Shown: positions 1 to 10,006 of the stretch, piece by piece | How the letters are laid out: every line of letters starts with the position of its first letter | Position numbering within the stretch: the first letter of the stretch is position 1 | Position numbers and translations under genes: made by a program | The notes under the pieces: model-generated | Database searches by the model: none | Told to the model about the DNA's origin: nothing | The model's input: only the letters and a program-made list of their open reading frames with translations | Assembly: GCA_017434385.1 (NCBI GenBank) | Contig: JAFRFJ010000040.1 | Span: 9,252 to 73,251 of the forward strand | Direction: 5' to 3' | Source of the DNA: Eubacterium sp. | GTDB lineage: Bacteria > Bacillota > Clostridia > Lachnospirales > Lachnospiraceae | Length of the DNA: 64,000 nt

Positions 1-486
1 CTCTATGATCTTTCCGCTTGGAGCAAGCACTTCATACTTATATCTGTAGTTTCCCTTTTTGAAGCTGATCTCGTATACTCCTTCGGAGTCATCGTCATCA
101 TACTCGTATGTACAGCTTCCTTTTTTGACGGTCGCAAGCTTGCTTCCGGAAAAGGAGGAAACCTTTTTCCTGGCAGCTTCCTTGCCGATCTTCTTTTTGG
201 AAGAGTTGTGCTTGTAGACATATTCTACTGATTTTTTGAGAACTCTGCCTGTTTTTGAAATGTCGAATTCATATTCTGCCTTGTTGGACTTCCTGGTAAA
301 TTCCACTTCATACTTTCCGTCTTCATAGTCTGCTTCCAGCCCTTTCACCTTTGACTTCTTTAACCCGGCATCCTTCAGGGCAATGCTTTTTGCCTTGCTT
401 TCGGATATCTTCCCGGCGGCAAATGCAGTATTCCCCGCTGCCGCCAGTATGATGACCGATAAGAGCAGCGCCAATAGTTTTTTCAT
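1..486 (-). CDS. Secreted PepSY-domain protein (two PepSY-like repeats), 3' end truncated by the window edge
   Basis: Not in the ORF track. Manual translation from ATG at 486: MKKLLALLLSVIILAAAGNTAFAAGKISESKAKSIALKDAG...YEVEF...EYEFDISKTGRVLK...GVYEISFKKGNYRYKYEVLAPSGKIIE; signal peptide plus PepSY-like 'A..IAL...YEVEF...Y.I...TG.I' repeats. Confidence 0.8.
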   Translation of the reverse strand, partial: MKKLLALLLSVIILAAAGNTAFAAGKISESKAKSIALKDAGLKKSKVKGLEADYEDGKYEVEFTRKSNKAEYEFDISKTGRVLKKSVEYVYKHNSSKKKIGKEAARKKVSSFSGSKLATVKKGSCTYEYDDDDSEGVYEISFKKGNYRYKYEVLAPSGKIIE

Positions 487-589
487 ATCTCATTCTCCTT
501 TCTGCCATGTAATCTCGTTTTTCCCTTTCACTAATACAACACGGCAGAAGGAGTTTTTATTTCAGGCGGATACAGATTTTTTCCGGATC

Positions 590-964
590 TTAGAGAGAAG
601 CGATCACTTCCACCTCGCAGAGGGCCCCCTTCGGCAAAGAGGCAACGCCCACACAGGATCTGGCCGGCTTTTCGGTAAAGTATCTGGCATAAACTTCATT
701 GAAGGCAGCGAAATCATTGATATCCGTCAGGAAGCAGAGGGTTTTGACCGCATTTTCAGGCTTTGTTCCTGCCGCTTCAAGGACCGACACCAGATTCTTC
801 ATTACCTGCTCGGTCTGCTCTTCGATCGTCTTGCCAACAATTTCTCCCGACGCAGGGTCAAGGGCAATCTGGCCGGATGTGTAGACCATCCCGCCCGCTA
901 CAACTGCCTGGGAATAAGGTCCCACTGCCGCCGGTGCCTTGTCCGTAAAAATCTTCTTCATCAT
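590..964 (-). CDS. ridA: RidA/YjgF/UK114 family enamine/imine deaminase
   Basis: APAAVGPYSQA, SGQIALDP, PARSCVGVASLPKGALCEVEVIA motifs; start moved to MMKKIF after AAGGAGG. Confidence 0.9.
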   Translation of the reverse strand: MMKKIFTDKAPAAVGPYSQAVVAGGMVYTSGQIALDPASGEIVGKTIEEQTEQVMKNLVSVLEAAGTKPENAVKTLCFLTDINDFAAFNEVYARYFTEKPARSCVGVASLPKGALCEVEVIASL

Positions 965-997
965 TTTATCCTCCTTATACATTTGTTTAATCTTTCT

Positions 998-2059
998 TTA
1001 TTCATTGAAATACAGGATGTCTTCTTCCCGGATTTTAAGATAATCAGGCAGACCCTTTTCCCTGATGGCCGCCCAGAGATTCCTCTGTACAAACCAGGAA
1101 ATCACATCTTCCGGGTCGTAGTTTTCACGGTCGGGGCGAATGTAGTAGTTCTCTTCGAAAGGCAGCTCGTCTTTCCTGTCCAGAAGGAAGGGGATGCAGT
1201 TTTCTTCTTTCTCACCCCAGACCGGTATGAACTGATGGGCTCTGTATCCTATAAAATGTACATCCGCATCCGGTTTTCTTTCTGTTGTAATGACCAGCCC
1301 CCAGCTGTCTGCCCGCAGATGATGGTCATCCAGCCTTGTGGCCGCAGAGAAATTCTTGCAGCCGGTCATGGCCGCTGCGGCCTTTGTGGCAGGTCTGGCG
1401 AAAACTTCCTTTCTGCTGCCCCGGTCGATGATCTTTCCCCGGTCCATGATGAGGATTTCCTCGCTGAAGCGGTAAATCTCGTCCCGGTTATGGGAAACCA
1501 TGAATACCATTCCCGGATAGTCTTTCAACTGATTCAGAAGCTCCCTCTGCATCCGGTCTCTCAGATGGACGTCCAGGGCGGAAAAGGGTTCGTCAAGAAG
1601 GATCATTTCCGGCGCGGAAGCCAGGATTCTGGCCATAGCCACCCGCTGCTGCTGACCTCCCGACAGTTCCGACGGCAGCTGTTTTTCCAGACCGGACAGA
1701 TGAAAACGTTCTGTCATCTCCCGGATTATATCCTTTCTGCCGCTTTCCTTTGCCGGTATTCCGATCCCGATATTCTCCTCTACGGTCATGGATGGAAAAA
1801 GGGCATAATTCTGGAACATATAGCCGATCTTCCTTTTCTGGGGCCGGACATTTACCTTTCGGTCCGTATCAAGCAGAAGCCTGTCGCCGTAAAGGATCCG
1901 CCCCTTTCCGGGTGTCATGATCCCTGCCAGCATTTTCAGGGTCATGCTTTTACCGGCGCCGGAAGCCCCAAGTATTCCCACCCGGGAGGCCTCTATGGTC
2001 TCATCAATATCCAGTTGAAAGTTCCCGTAGTTTTCCTGTAAACGGATCTGTAAACTCAT
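998..2059 (-). CDS. modC: Molybdate ABC transporter ATP-binding protein
   Basis: Walker A GASGAGKS, signature LSGGQQQR, Walker B ILLDEPFSALD; directly downstream of modAB. Confidence 0.85.
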   Translation of the reverse strand: MSLQIRLQENYGNFQLDIDETIEASRVGILGASGAGKSMTLKMLAGIMTPGKGRILYGDRLLLDTDRKVNVRPQKRKIGYMFQNYALFPSMTVEENIGIGIPAKESGRKDIIREMTERFHLSGLEKQLPSELSGGQQQRVAMARILASAPEMILLDEPFSALDVHLRDRMQRELLNQLKDYPGMVFMVSHNRDEIYRFSEEILIMDRGKIIDRGSRKEVFARPATKAAAAMTGCKNFSAATRLDDHHLRADSWGLVITTERKPDADVHFIGYRAHQFIPVWGEKEENCIPFLLDRKDELPFEENYYIRPDRENYDPEDVISWFVQRNLWAAIREKGLPDYLKIREEDILYFNE

Positions 2060-2066
2060 CCTTTTT

Positions 2067-2774
2067 TCACCACTTTATCGTATTCCTGCCGGAAGGTCCT
2101 GTCAAAGCATTTACAACAATTATGACTGCAAAGGCGATCAGCATGACGATGAAAGCCCAGATACCGGCGGTCACATAATCGCCATTCTGTATGACCATGG
2201 CAATTCTCTGGGAAATGGTCGCTGTCTTGCCGGGTATGTTTCCCGCCAGCATGGAAGTGGCTCCATACTCTCCTATTGCTCTGGAAAATGTCAGGACGGT
2301 TCCCGAGGCAATGCCCGGCCGGGCTGCCGGATAAACTACCTTGCAGAAGATTCTCCAGTCGCTCATGCCTAGGGTCCTTCCCGCGTAGATCAGATTGATG
2401 TCCACCTGCTCGAAAGCCGCCCTGGCATTCCTGTACATAAGGGGAAAGGAGATTACAAAGGCCGCGATGACACAGCCGGCCCAGGACTGGACAATCTTTA
2501 TATCAAAATGGTCGTAAAGCCAGATTCCCACAGGACGGCGCCTGCTGAAAAGCAGGAGCAGAAAAAAGCCTGAGGCGGTAGGGGGAAGTACCATGGGAAG
2601 GGTCAGGACCGAGTCGATCACCGCCCGGATTCCGCTCCTTCTTCCCATAACCCAGCCTGCTGTCAGAATTCCCAGGACAAAACAGATCAGTGTTGCCACT
2701 ATGCCTGTCTTCAGGGAAATAAACAGAGGACTCCAGTCCAGAGATTTCAGAATGTCTGCCAGTGTCCGTGTCAT
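2067..2774 (-). CDS. modB: Molybdate ABC transporter permease
   Basis: LTLPMVLPPT, RAAFEQVD...AGRTLG (EAA-like loop), RAIGEYGAT. Confidence 0.92.
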   Translation of the reverse strand: MTRTLADILKSLDWSPLFISLKTGIVATLICFVLGILTAGWVMGRRSGIRAVIDSVLTLPMVLPPTASGFFLLLLFSRRRPVGIWLYDHFDIKIVQSWAGCVIAAFVISFPLMYRNARAAFEQVDINLIYAGRTLGMSDWRIFCKVVYPAARPGIASGTVLTFSRAIGEYGATSMLAGNIPGKTATISQRIAMVIQNGDYVTAGIWAFIVMLIAFAVIIVVNALTGPSGRNTIKW

Positions 2775-2806
2775 TGTTTCTCCTCTCCTTGATCCCTCAA
2801 AGGGAT

Positions 2807-3682
2807 TTATTCCACATTTGTATCAAAATAGTATTTGTCGAATATGGCCCTGGCCTTATCGGAAGTAACGAAATCAATGAAGTCCTTTGCGGCTTCTTTC
2901 TCCGCTTCATCCGCCTCTTCATTGTTGATCTGGGCAATGGGATAAATGATATCGCCGGTCAGATCGTAAGAAACTGTTTCCAGAATTTTGACTTTGTCCT
3001 CATAGCCGTAAGTATCGGAGTAATAGGTTGTCCCCACCTGGCAGGATTCTTCCACAACAGCCAGGAGTACTTTGCTGACATTCCCCTGTTCGCTGATCTC
3101 AAGACCGCCCAGGGCATCAGATACTTCTTTGGTCGTGATCAGGGAAGGATCATCCACTTTCTTGAGAATGCCAAGATTCATGAGGGCCTGTCTGGTATAT
3201 TTGCCCACCGGCACGCTTCCGTCTGCCAGAGCCAGGGATGAGGCGTCACTTAAGTTGGCAAGTCCCTTTACCTTTGTATCACTGTCCTTCTGTGTCAGTA
3301 CGACAAGCTGGTTGTTGACCACATTTGCCCTGGTAGCTTCCACCACAAACCCCTTGTCAGACAGTTCGTCCATCTGTTTCTGGGCGGCAGAGAAAAAGAC
3401 GTCACAGGCATAGCCTTCCTCGATCTGGGTCATGAGCGTCCCCGAACTGTCCGCATTGTAAACAATCTTCACATCAGGATGAGTTTTATTGTACTCTGCT
3501 GCAATCTCATCCATGACTGTACTCAGGCTGGCCGCGATATAGACCTGGATTTCTACTTCTCCGTCTTTTTTCTGCGCTCCGGTGGAGGCTTCCCGGCTTC
3601 CCCGGCCGCCGCATGCAGCCAGGCCTGCCAGCAGGACTCCCGCCAGAAATAATGCAGCGATTATTTTTCCCTTTTTGCTCAT
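2807..3682 (-). CDS. modA: Molybdate ABC transporter substrate-binding lipoprotein
   Basis: Lipobox LAAC, IAASL, ADSSGTLMTQIEEG, DVFFSAA, VPVGKYT. Confidence 0.92.
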   Translation of the reverse strand: MSKKGKIIAALFLAGVLLAGLAACGGRGSREASTGAQKKDGEVEIQVYIAASLSTVMDEIAAEYNKTHPDVKIVYNADSSGTLMTQIEEGYACDVFFSAAQKQMDELSDKGFVVEATRANVVNNQLVVLTQKDSDTKVKGLANLSDASSLALADGSVPVGKYTRQALMNLGILKKVDDPSLITTKEVSDALGGLEISEQGNVSKVLLAVVEESCQVGTTYYSDTYGYEDKVKILETVSYDLTGDIIYPIAQINNEEADEAEKEAAKDFIDFVTSDKARAIFDKYYFDTNVE

Positions 3683-3714
3683 ACAAATCCGTCCTTTCTG
3701 CAGCCTATTACAGC

Positions 3715-4950
3715 TTACAGCATATATATCTTTACTGTCTCACCGGCCCGCCCGGTCCCGTCTTCGGGGATCTCCACCAGGCAGTTGCTTTCTGCCATGG
3801 AGGAAAGGGTTCCGGAAGCATGGCTGCCGGCAAGAATTGTTACCATACTGTTTTCTTCCTCATAAAATCCCCGCATAAACCGTCTTACCCCTCCTCTTTT
3901 GGGAGAGTCATTGGCCAGTTGGGCAAAGCGGCACCTGCTCCTCACGCCGGGATTGCGGGAAAGCTTTTCCAGAACCGGCCGGATCAGGAGTTCAAAGTTA
4001 ACGGCCACTCCGTAGGGATTGCCTGTAAGGCAGATGACCGCCACCTTTCTTTCCCCGGTAAGAAAGGCCAGAGTCGGGGCGCCTGGCTTCAGGCTGACCT
4101 TCCAGAAGAGTTTTTCTCCTCCAAGATTGGCCATCACCTGATGCATGATGTCCTTTTCCCCGACGGAAACACCGCCTGTGGTAATGATCAGATCACTGCT
4201 GCCGGCCGCTTCCCGGATCCGGTCAGCCATGGCTTTCGGATCATCCTGACAGTGGCAGGATTCCACCTTCCCAAATCCCAGGTCTCCCAGCCGGCCCACA
4301 ACTGTAAAGCGGTTGGAGTCGTAGATCTTTCCCGCTTTCAGTTCCTGTCCCGGAGCCAGGACTTCATCCCCTGTGGAGATGACTGTGATGACCGGTTCCC
4401 GGTAAACTTCCACCCGGCTGACTCCGGCGCCGGCTGCAATTCCCAGATGCATTCCCCTGAGAACCGTGCCTGCCTTCAGCAGGACCTCTCCCCGGTGATA
4501 GTCCTCTCCCGCATAGACGTAGTTCCGGTAGGGGGAGACCCCCTTAAAAATGTGCACCCGGCTTCCCGGACCCTTATAATCGCCCGGCTCGCCCGGTTCA
4601 AAATCCGTATCTTCCTGGCGGATTACCGCGTCGGCTCCTTCCGGGATGGGGGCGCCCGTCATCAGGCGGATACATTCTCCCCTGCCGATGGCTTCCGGGA
4701 ATACCTGTCCCGCATAGATCTTTCCGATTATCTTTAGCTCCACCGGATTATCCGGGGACGCATTTTCTGTATCCTCTCCCTGAACTGCATACCCGTCCAG
4801 AGGAGAACGGGGAAAAGGCGGCTGGTCATAAGCGGCTTTGACATCCGAGGCCAGAACACACCCCGAAGCTTCCTTAAGGGGAAGCAGGCAGGTCTCTGTG
4901 AGAGGCTTTGTCACATTTTGAAGAGTTTGTATTGCTTCTTCCAGTACCAT
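3715..4950 (-). CDS. moeA: Molybdopterin molybdenumtransferase MoeA
   Basis: PPFPRSPLDGYAV, LMTGAPIPEGADAVIRQED, STGDEV, ITTGGVSVGEKD, KPGAP, LTGNP. Confidence 0.93.
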   Translation of the reverse strand: MVLEEAIQTLQNVTKPLTETCLLPLKEASGCVLASDVKAAYDQPPFPRSPLDGYAVQGEDTENASPDNPVELKIIGKIYAGQVFPEAIGRGECIRLMTGAPIPEGADAVIRQEDTDFEPGEPGDYKGPGSRVHIFKGVSPYRNYVYAGEDYHRGEVLLKAGTVLRGMHLGIAAGAGVSRVEVYREPVITVISTGDEVLAPGQELKAGKIYDSNRFTVVGRLGDLGFGKVESCHCQDDPKAMADRIREAAGSSDLIITTGGVSVGEKDIMHQVMANLGGEKLFWKVSLKPGAPTLAFLTGERKVAVICLTGNPYGVAVNFELLIRPVLEKLSRNPGVRSRCRFAQLANDSPKRGGVRRFMRGFYEEENSMVTILAGSHASGTLSSMAESNCLVEIPEDGTGRAGETVKIYML

Positions 4951-4963
4951 GACATATCCCCCC

Positions 4964-5911
4964 TTACTTTCTTGCGCATTCGCTGTCCAGACCCGTCAGG
5001 ATCCGGATTCCGTGATCCAGCTGGTCAATCACAAATCCCAGGCTTTCCCTCACGGCTTTGGGGCTGCCCGGCAGATTGACGATCAGTGTCTGATTGCGGA
5101 TCACAGATGCCTCACGGGACAGCATGGCTCTTCTGGTAATGGCCATGGAGCCGGCCCGAATGGCCTCGGCGATTCCCGGGGCATTTCTGGTAGCCACATG
5201 CATGGTGGCTTCCGGTGTGACGTCTGTCGGGGAGAATCCTGTTCCTCCCGTAGTCACGATCAGATTGACCTGGCGCTGGTCGGACAGGCGGATCAGTTCC
5301 TTTTCCAGCTTTTCCCGGTCATCCGGAAGAAGGATTGTCTCGATGATCTCATATCCCTTGTCTGTAAGAATCTCCACAATGGCCGGTCCGCTTTTGTCTT
5401 CCCGCTCACCCCGATATCCTTTATCGCTCAGAGTGATCACTGCCGCTGTCAGGGCTTTTTCCGGATCTCTTCCCAGGCATTCCACCCGGTCTCCCACACG
5501 TACGGTTCCACCCTTTTTTACTACGGCAAATACGCCTTCACGAGGCATGATGCAGTCACCCATGGTTTGGTAGATGGCACAGTGGCTGTGACATTCCTTG
5601 CCGATCTGGCTCATCTCAAGGATTACCTCTCCGATCCTGAACCTGGTGCCGACAGGCAGGCTGCGAAAATCAAATCCCTCCACGATCATATTCTCTCCGA
5701 AGTCTCCATAGACCACTTCGGCTCCCTTTTCCCGGAAAGCATCGATTTTTTCCCCGGAAAGAAGACTGATCTGGCGGTGCCAGTTTCCCGCGTGGGCATC
5801 GCCTTCAATCCCCCAGTTTTCTTTCAGACAGGCCTCCTGCACTTGGTGTTTTTTTGTACCTTTTTTCTCACTGATACAGATGCCTTTAAGCACCCCATAT
5901 TTATCCGTCAA
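4964..5911 (-). CDS. MOSC-domain plus MogA/MoaB molybdopterin adenylyltransferase fusion
   Basis: N-terminal MOSC (GIEGDAHAG, RQISLL, FGEN, QIGKECH..C, MPREG); C-terminal MogA (ITLSDK, DKSG, TTGGTGFSPTDVTPEAT, NLPGSPKA). Confidence 0.9.
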   Translation of the reverse strand: MTDKYGVLKGICISEKKGTKKHQVQEACLKENWGIEGDAHAGNWHRQISLLSGEKIDAFREKGAEVVYGDFGENMIVEGFDFRSLPVGTRFRIGEVILEMSQIGKECHSHCAIYQTMGDCIMPREGVFAVVKKGGTVRVGDRVECLGRDPEKALTAAVITLSDKGYRGEREDKSGPAIVEILTDKGYEIIETILLPDDREKLEKELIRLSDQRQVNLIVTTGGTGFSPTDVTPEATMHVATRNAPGIAEAIRAGSMAITRRAMLSREASVIRNQTLIVNLPGSPKAVRESLGFVIDQLDHGIRILTGLDSECARK

Positions 5912-5916
5912 AATGT

Positions 5917-6882
5917 TTATCCCCCTATAGCGATCATCTGTTTGTCTTCTGTTATCTCTTCCCGGTTACCAAAGCAGTGGGCATCCGGTTTGTTGTATAT
6001 AACTTCTCTGAGAACCTCTTTCACTGCCTCCTCACCCTGACAGCGGAGCACATCCCGGATGCTTTTCACCGGCGCGAAGCAGAGGCAGGGCTTCAGGTCT
6101 CCCGTGGCCGACATGCGGATCCGGTTGCAACTGTCGCAGAACTTTCCGTGTACCGGACTGATCAGGCCGATGCTGCCTTTCCATCCGGGAATCCTGTAAT
6201 AGACAGCCGGGCCGTTTCCGTGAACCCGCAGGTCCTGCCTGAGACCCGGATAATCCTGTCTCAGCCGGGCCAGGATCTCCTCATTGGATACCCCCTCATA
6301 TGCCTTGCCTGAACCGATGGGCATCATCTCTATCAGGCGTACATCCACCGGCTGCTTTCGGGCCAGGCCAATCAGATCTGTCCACGCATGATCATTGATT
6401 CCCTTCATGAGTACAGTGTTAACCTTTACCCGGATTCCTGCCGCCTGGGCTTCGTCCAGCCCTTTCAGAACCTGATTCAGGCCGTCTCTGCCAGTAATGC
6501 TCTTATAGTTTTCCCTGTCCAGTGTATCCAGACTGATATTGATCCCGTCCAGACCGGCCCGGACCAGGTCCGGAAGAAACTGAGAAAGAAGAAAGCCATT
6601 GCTGGTCATGGTAATCTGTCGGATTCCCTCCAGCTGCCGGAGCATGGATACAAGGCTGACCAGCCCTCTCCTCACCAGGGGTTCTCCGCCGGTGATCTTA
6701 ATGCGGTCGATCCCCAGATGCGCGGCCTGTCTGCAGACCGCTGTAATCTCCTCAAAGGTCAGAAGATCTGACATGGGAAGGATCTCTACTCCCTCCGGCA
6801 TACAGTAGCGGCAGCGGAGATTACATTTGTCCGTGACGGATATCCGCATGTAATTGATCTCTCTCCCCAGCCGGTCACGCAT
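5917..6882 (-). CDS. moaA: GTP 3',8-cyclase MoaA (radical SAM)
   Basis: [13 protein letters not shown], second cluster FCDSCNRIR...KPCL, C-terminal IGG; start refined to MRDRLGRE. Confidence 0.95.
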   Translation of the reverse strand: MRDRLGREINYMRISVTDKCNLRCRYCMPEGVEILPMSDLLTFEEITAVCRQAAHLGIDRIKITGGEPLVRRGLVSLVSMLRQLEGIRQITMTSNGFLLSQFLPDLVRAGLDGINISLDTLDRENYKSITGRDGLNQVLKGLDEAQAAGIRVKVNTVLMKGINDHAWTDLIGLARKQPVDVRLIEMMPIGSGKAYEGVSNEEILARLRQDYPGLRQDLRVHGNGPAVYYRIPGWKGSIGLISPVHGKFCDSCNRIRMSATGDLKPCLCFAPVKSIRDVLRCQGEEAVKEVLREVIYNKPDAHCFGNREEITEDKQMIAIGG

Positions 6883-7345
6883 GGAAATCACCGCTCTTTC
6901 CCCCGGACTTACGGAGCAGATGTACATCTGAGATCACCATAGCCCGGTCAACCGCCTTGCACATATCGTAGATCGTCAGAAGGGCGATCTGGACCCCGGT
7001 CAGGGCTTCCATCTCCACACCGGTCTTCCCGGTCGTCCGGACCTTGCAGAATGCCCGGATGACATGCCGGTCATCCTTTGTCTCAAACCGGACTTCCAGT
7101 CCGGTCAGATTCAGATTATGGCAGAGGGGAATCAGGTCGGAAGTCTTCTTTGCCCCCATGATCCCGGCGATCCTGGCGACGCCCAGCACATCCCCCTTCT
7201 TCATCCTGCCTTCTTTTACTTTTTCATAGCATTCTTCGGACATGCTTATATCCCCGCAGGCAAGAGCCTCGCGGCATGTCACGTCTTTTTCGGAAACATC
7301 TACCATCCATGCATTTCCGTCTGAATCAAAATGTGTAAATCCCAT
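6875..7345 (-). CDS. moaC: Cyclic pyranopterin monophosphate synthase MoaC
   Basis: [49 protein letters not shown]; start refined to MGFTHF. Confidence 0.95.
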   Translation of the reverse strand: MGFTHFDSDGNAWMVDVSEKDVTCREALACGDISMSEECYEKVKEGRMKKGDVLGVARIAGIMGAKKTSDLIPLCHNLNLTGLEVRFETKDDRHVIRAFCKVRTTGKTGVEMEALTGVQIALLTIYDMCKAVDRAMVISDVHLLRKSGGKSGDFHA

Positions 7346-7352
7346 GGAACAC

Positions 7353-8372
7353 CTACTTTCCAAAACCGCAGGCAGGGAAGGTGCAGACAGGACAATTGAG
7401 GCACAGTCCTCCCTCTCCCAGATCTGCAAGTTCGCCGGCACTGACCATATCTCCGGCCAAAAGCCGGGGCAGCATCAGGTCGAAGATTGTTCTCCCCGCA
7501 TACATGACGCAGCCGGGCAGACCGGCGACCGGTATGCTTTCATTGTAATATCCCAGCAGGAACATGGCGCCCGGAAGAACCGGCGCTCCATAGGAGACGA
7601 TCCGGGCTCCTGTATTTTTTATGGCCAGAGGGGTGCGGTCATCGGGATCCACACTCATGCCGCCGGTGCAGAGGACAAGCTCCGCTCCTTCCTCAATCTG
7701 GGATAGAATGGCTTCTGTTATCATCTCATGATTATCGTCACATATGGTGTGGCTGATGATCTCCACACCATATTCGGCCAGTTTTCTTTCAATCACGGGA
7801 GTAAAGGTATCCTTGATCCTCCCACTGTATACTTCGCTTCCGGTGGTAACCAGGCCGGCTTTTTTCTTTGTAAAGGGGAGAATGTTCAGGAGCGGTTCTT
7901 TGCCGGCCGCTTCCCTTGCCTTCTCCATCTTTTCCTTCTCTATCACCAGAGGGATTATCCGGGTTCCCGCCACCTTGTCACCTTTGCGGACGGGAAAATC
8001 ACCGTGCCGGGCCGCAATCATCATTTCTCCCAGCCCGTTCACTGCCCGCAGTCTGTCCCGGCGGATCTTCAGAAGACCGTCCATATTGGCGGTCAGTTCA
8101 ATCTTGCCCTCTTTTACCTCCGAGGCATCCATTCCTTTACCCTGGCAGATTTCTCTGAGAATCTCAGCCGCCTCGTTTTCATGGAGCATGTTCTCATCGC
8201 ATTCCCATACATAGACATTTTCCTTGCCCACGGAAAGAAGGACCGGAATGTCCTCCTCCCGGATGATATGTCCTTTTCGGAAGACCGGCCCCTTTTTCTC
8301 CCCCACGATAATCTGGGTAATATCATGGCAAAGGACCTGGCCGACCGCATCTGTTACTTTCATTGTTTTCAT
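7353..8372 (-). CDS. Molybdopterin-binding protein (MoeA-like, clostridial type)
   Basis: [51 protein letters not shown]-terminal [19 protein letters not shown]; start MKTMKV after GAGGAG. Confidence 0.88.
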   Translation of the reverse strand: MKTMKVTDAVGQVLCHDITQIIVGEKKGPVFRKGHIIREEDIPVLLSVGKENVYVWECDENMLHENEAAEILREICQGKGMDASEVKEGKIELTANMDGLLKIRRDRLRAVNGLGEMMIAARHGDFPVRKGDKVAGTRIIPLVIEKEKMEKAREAAGKEPLLNILPFTKKKAGLVTTGSEVYSGRIKDTFTPVIERKLAEYGVEIISHTICDDNHEMITEAILSQIEEGAELVLCTGGMSVDPDDRTPLAIKNTGARIVSYGAPVLPGAMFLLGYYNESIPVAGLPGCVMYAGRTIFDLMLPRLLAGDMVSAGELADLGEGGLCLNCPVCTFPACGFGK

Positions 8373-8423
8373 GGCTGACTCCTCACACTGCAAAACTATT
8401 AGCCGGAACTTTCAGCATCAATA

Positions 8424-8458
8424 CAAAAGGAGGACCGTCCAAAAAAAGACAGTCCTCC
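8424..8458 (-). terminator. Intrinsic terminator in the leader of the Moco operon (riboswitch expression platform)
   Basis: Minus strand GGAGGACTGTC-TTTTTTT-GGACGGTCCTCC followed by TTTTGT, between aptamer and first RBS. Confidence 0.75.
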
Positions 8459-8470
8459 CCTATAATCACT

Positions 8471-8590
8471 GTCTCCTTCTCAAACACGGAAAGTCATACC
8501 GTTTCCCGTATGGCTCTGCGTCCGGAAGTCTTCCGGACTACGGTCTGCAGGCCGTGGATCTCTCTTTAGGTCTGCAGACTCGGAAACAAA
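8471..8590 (-). ncRNA. Molybdenum cofactor (Moco) riboswitch candidate
   Basis: Minus strand TTCCGAGTCTGCAGACCTAA...ACGGCCTGCAGACCG-TA-GTCCGGAAGACTTCCGGAC-GCAGAGCCATACGGGAAACGGTATGACTTTCCGTGTTTGAGAAGGAGAC; resembles the Moco motif (CCGAG, CCTAA, GGAAAC, CCGT...AAGGAG) and lies upstream of moa/moe/mod genes. Confidence 0.82.
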
Positions 8591-8694
8591 TATAGTTTTA
8601 TATTTATTATATTATATCAGAATTACCGGCGGCCGGAAATAGTAAAAATCAATTGTTCTCAGTAAACACCGGTCATGGTTTCTTTGATTATGTC

Positions 8695-9000
8695 TTAACC
8701 CTGCTGCAGTTCCTTTATTCTCTCAAGTCCATTATCCAGGATGGGGGCCAGCGACGGTTCATATTTTTTTGCTGCATCCACGACCTTGGCAGCGGTCTTT
8801 AATTTTGACATGGTAATCTCCTTATCGGGATTCTTTATGTAGTCATAGATTGCATTCACTAAAGGCTGGGAAACAGACTTATAGGCACCGGCTTCCATTT
8901 TCGGTTCGATCGTCTCCCGGATCTCCCTGATTTCTTCTTCGGTAAAGATATCCGTGACTTTCACTGTCTTCTTTTCTTTTTTAGGGCCAAACAAATCCAT
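8695..9000 (-). CDS. Hypothetical protein
   Basis: 101-aa ORF with GAGGATAGGA RBS; no recognised motif. Confidence 0.65.
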   Translation of the reverse strand: MDLFGPKKEKKTVKVTDIFTEEEIREIRETIEPKMEAGAYKSVSQPLVNAIYDYIKNPDKEITMSKLKTAAKVVDAAKKYEPSLAPILDNGLERIKELQQG

Positions 9001-9040
9001 AGTTTCCTATCCTCCTTCTTATTGATCAGCTGATACTCCT

Positions 9041-10006
9041 TTAACATTTATTCATCTCACCCGTCAGCCTGTCAGCAGCTTCATTGAGCCTTGCCCAGTC
9101 TTCCGGTGACAAATCAAGTTCAAAGCTTCCGGCATTTTCCACTACCCGCTCTCTCTTCTGCGCCCCCACAATGCAGGTATGAACAAAGGGTTTCTCAATG
9201 CTCCATTTGAGAGCAATCCGGGACAGGGGTATGCCGCCGTTTTCATGAGATACCTGATCCATTACCCTGATCAGTTCCATGACTTCGGAAAACAGAGGTT
9301 CCTGGAAATGCTTATAGAAACGGTTCCTGCTGTCGGCTGCCGGGAAAGTCATCAGTTTTCGGTATTTCCCGGTGAGAATTCCTCCGCCCAGAGAGCCGTA
9401 GGTCATGACACCCATACCCTGGCCGGCTGCCCATTTCATGGACTCCTCCGCATCCCGGTTCACCATGGAATAGTGTGGCTGGAAAGCCTCGATTTCCCCG
9501 TACCTGCTGATTTCTTTCATCTGGTCGATGCTGAAATTTGACACGCCGATATGAAGGATCTTGCCTTCCTTCTTTAACCGGTTCAAAGCATCCATGGTTT
9601 CCTCAAAGGGGGTATCCGGATCCGGCCAGTGGATCAGCATAAGGTCGATATAGTCCGTCCCGAGATTGATCAGGGACCGGTCGCACTGCCGGATTACGGA
9701 ATCATAACGGCCATCCCGTATATAGGTGATTCCGTCCTTAAATACATTGCCGCATTTTGTTGAAATATATACCCGGCTGCGGACATTGTTATCCTTTAAT
9801 ACTTTTCCCAGAAAGCGCTCAGCGGCGCCTGCATTGTAAGCGGGGGCCGTATCAAAGAAATTGATTCCTTCCTCAAGGGCAGCCTTGATGGCGTCCGTCT
9901 TCACTTCATCATCATAGACATCCCAGCCGACGCCTCCCATTCCCCAGGTGCCCAGGGTCATGGCAGACACGTTCATTCCGGTTTTTCCAAATGTATTATA
10001 TTTCAT
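9041..10006 (-). CDS. Aldo/keto reductase
   Basis: LGTWGMGG, FFDTAPAY, ISTKCG, SLINLGTDYIDLMLIHWPD, IGVSNF; start refined to MKYNTFG. Confidence 0.93.
   Translation of the reverse strand: MKYNTFGKTGMNVSAMTLGTWGMGGVGWDVYDDEVKTDAIKAALEEGINFFDTAPAYNAGAAERFLGKVLKDNNVRSRVYISTKCGNVFKDGITYIRDGRYDSVIRQCDRSLINLGTDYIDLMLIHWPDPDTPFEETMDALNRLKKEGKILHIGVSNFSIDQMKEISRYGEIEAFQPHYSMVNRDAEESMKWAAGQGMGVMTYGSLGGGILTGKYRKLMTFPAADSRNRFYKHFQEPLFSEVMELIRVMDQVSHENGGIPLSRIALKWSIEKPFVHTCIVGAQKRERVVENAGSFELDLSPEDWARLNEAADRLTGEMNKC

Noticed and set aside
383-2041. Long plus-strand ORF (552 aa) and many similar ones (3613-4737, 4949-6040, 11277-12035, 32929-33732, 41997-42824, 47194-48123)
   Set aside because: Antisense shadows of well-supported minus-strand genes; no motifs or RBS.
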